Source: a virus. Taken from it: a DNA stretch of 64,000 bases. Under the pieces are notes generated by a model. The model saw only the letters and a program-made list of their open reading frames with translations, made no database searches and was not told the origin of the DNA. The translations under genes and the position numbers were made by a program. Position 1 is the stretch's first letter. Each line of letters begins with the position of its first letter. This document shows, one piece after another, positions 63,530 to 64,000 of this stretch. The stretch covers positions 4,462 through 68,461 of IMG/VR virus record IMGVR_UViG_3300037882_003529. One strand, written 5' to 3'.

Positions 63530-64000
63530 CTATAAGTACTCAAGCAATTCCTTCCAGTTTGGTACTCCACCTTCAACTAATTTAATTGCTTTGGTGAATT
63601 CACGAAGAGTGATTGTTGCCATTTTTCTTTCGCGATATAGAGATTCCAGATAATCCATAATCTCGATCTTTTTATTCATAGGGACATTTCGTCCACCAAG
63701 ATCTTCTAAAATAGATCTCATTCGTTCAAACACTTGATCTTGTGTCAAAGTCATATCGATTTTAGCAGATCGAGACAAAATCGCTGTATCAAATTTTTTG
63801 AATTCAAGGTTCGAAATAAAAATTACGCGACCTTCGAAAGGAAACATAGCAGGATATTTGATTTTAGAAGAAGTTGGATCTTCATCGATAGCTTGATCTA
63901 CTTCATCGTAAAAATCTTCTCGTTTATCTCTTGGCATTTTAGATACGTCGACTGTTCTACCAGTCAACCAAGTGATTGATCGTTCATCGTAAAAATCTTC
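63530..64000 (-). CDS. C-terminal part of an AAA+ ATPase-like protein (runs off window)
   Basis: FEGRVIFISN, AILSRS, TLR motifs; frame open to window edge. Confidence 0.7.
   Translation of the reverse strand, partial: EDFYDERSITWLTGRTVDVSKMPRDKREDFYDEVDQAIDEDPTSSKIKYPAMFPFEGRVIFISNLEFKKFDTAILSRSAKIDMTLTQDQVFERMRSILEDLGGRNVPMNKKIEIMDYLESLYRERKMATITLREFTKAIKLVEGGVPNWKELLEYL

Noticed and set aside
573-63979. Plus-strand ORFs antisense to core genes (e.g. 3845, 19675, 26660, 47818, 52092, 61189)
   Set aside because: Shadow ORFs of well-supported minus-strand genes, with no motifs of their own
63902-64000. 18-nt direct repeat TTCATCGTAAAAATCTTC (63902 and 63983) as a biological repeat
   Set aside because: Second copy is cut by the window edge and may be a contig-end misjoin; cannot be evaluated
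1-64000. Stop-codon reassignment
   Set aside because: Core genes are full length in the standard code, all three stops are used, and no suppressor tRNA was found

Overview
A 64-kb, AT-rich segment of a large T4-like (T4-superfamily) myovirus genome. It is densely coding, mostly on the minus strand, and uses the standard code. Recognisable core genes: gp32, gp33, PhoH, DexA-like exonuclease, topoisomerase gp39/gp52, DsbA, thymidylate synthase, RNA and DNA ligases, RNase H, RuvC-like nuclease, class II ribonucleotide reductase, gp61 primase, gp41 helicase, UvsX and a split gp43 DNA polymerase. Two regions stand out. (1) A ~5.5-kb RNA island (11.9-17.5 kb) holds 25 tRNAs covering all 20 amino acids, a probable homing endonuclease and many structured non-tRNA RNAs. 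These include seven YrlA/Y-RNA-like elements, several CCA-ended tRNA look-alikes with large insertions, two 8/4-type tRNA-Ser, and a ~300-nt RNA whose ends rebuild the 23S rRNA L11-binding/GTPase-associated centre (H43-H44). (2) Between uvsX and gp43, where T4 keeps its DNA-modification genes, lies a cluster of an aGPT-Pplase-like DNA transferase, FkbM methyltransferase, myo-inositol-1-phosphate synthase, HAD phosphatase and an SGNH-like protein, suggesting an inositol-based DNA hypermodification pathway. Also present are a PurA-like/vWA/J-kinase triad and several counter-defence-type enzymes (macrodomain, NADAR, SLOG, MazG-like, ATP-grasp). All calls come from reading motifs and base-pairing by eye; no searches or folding programs were run.
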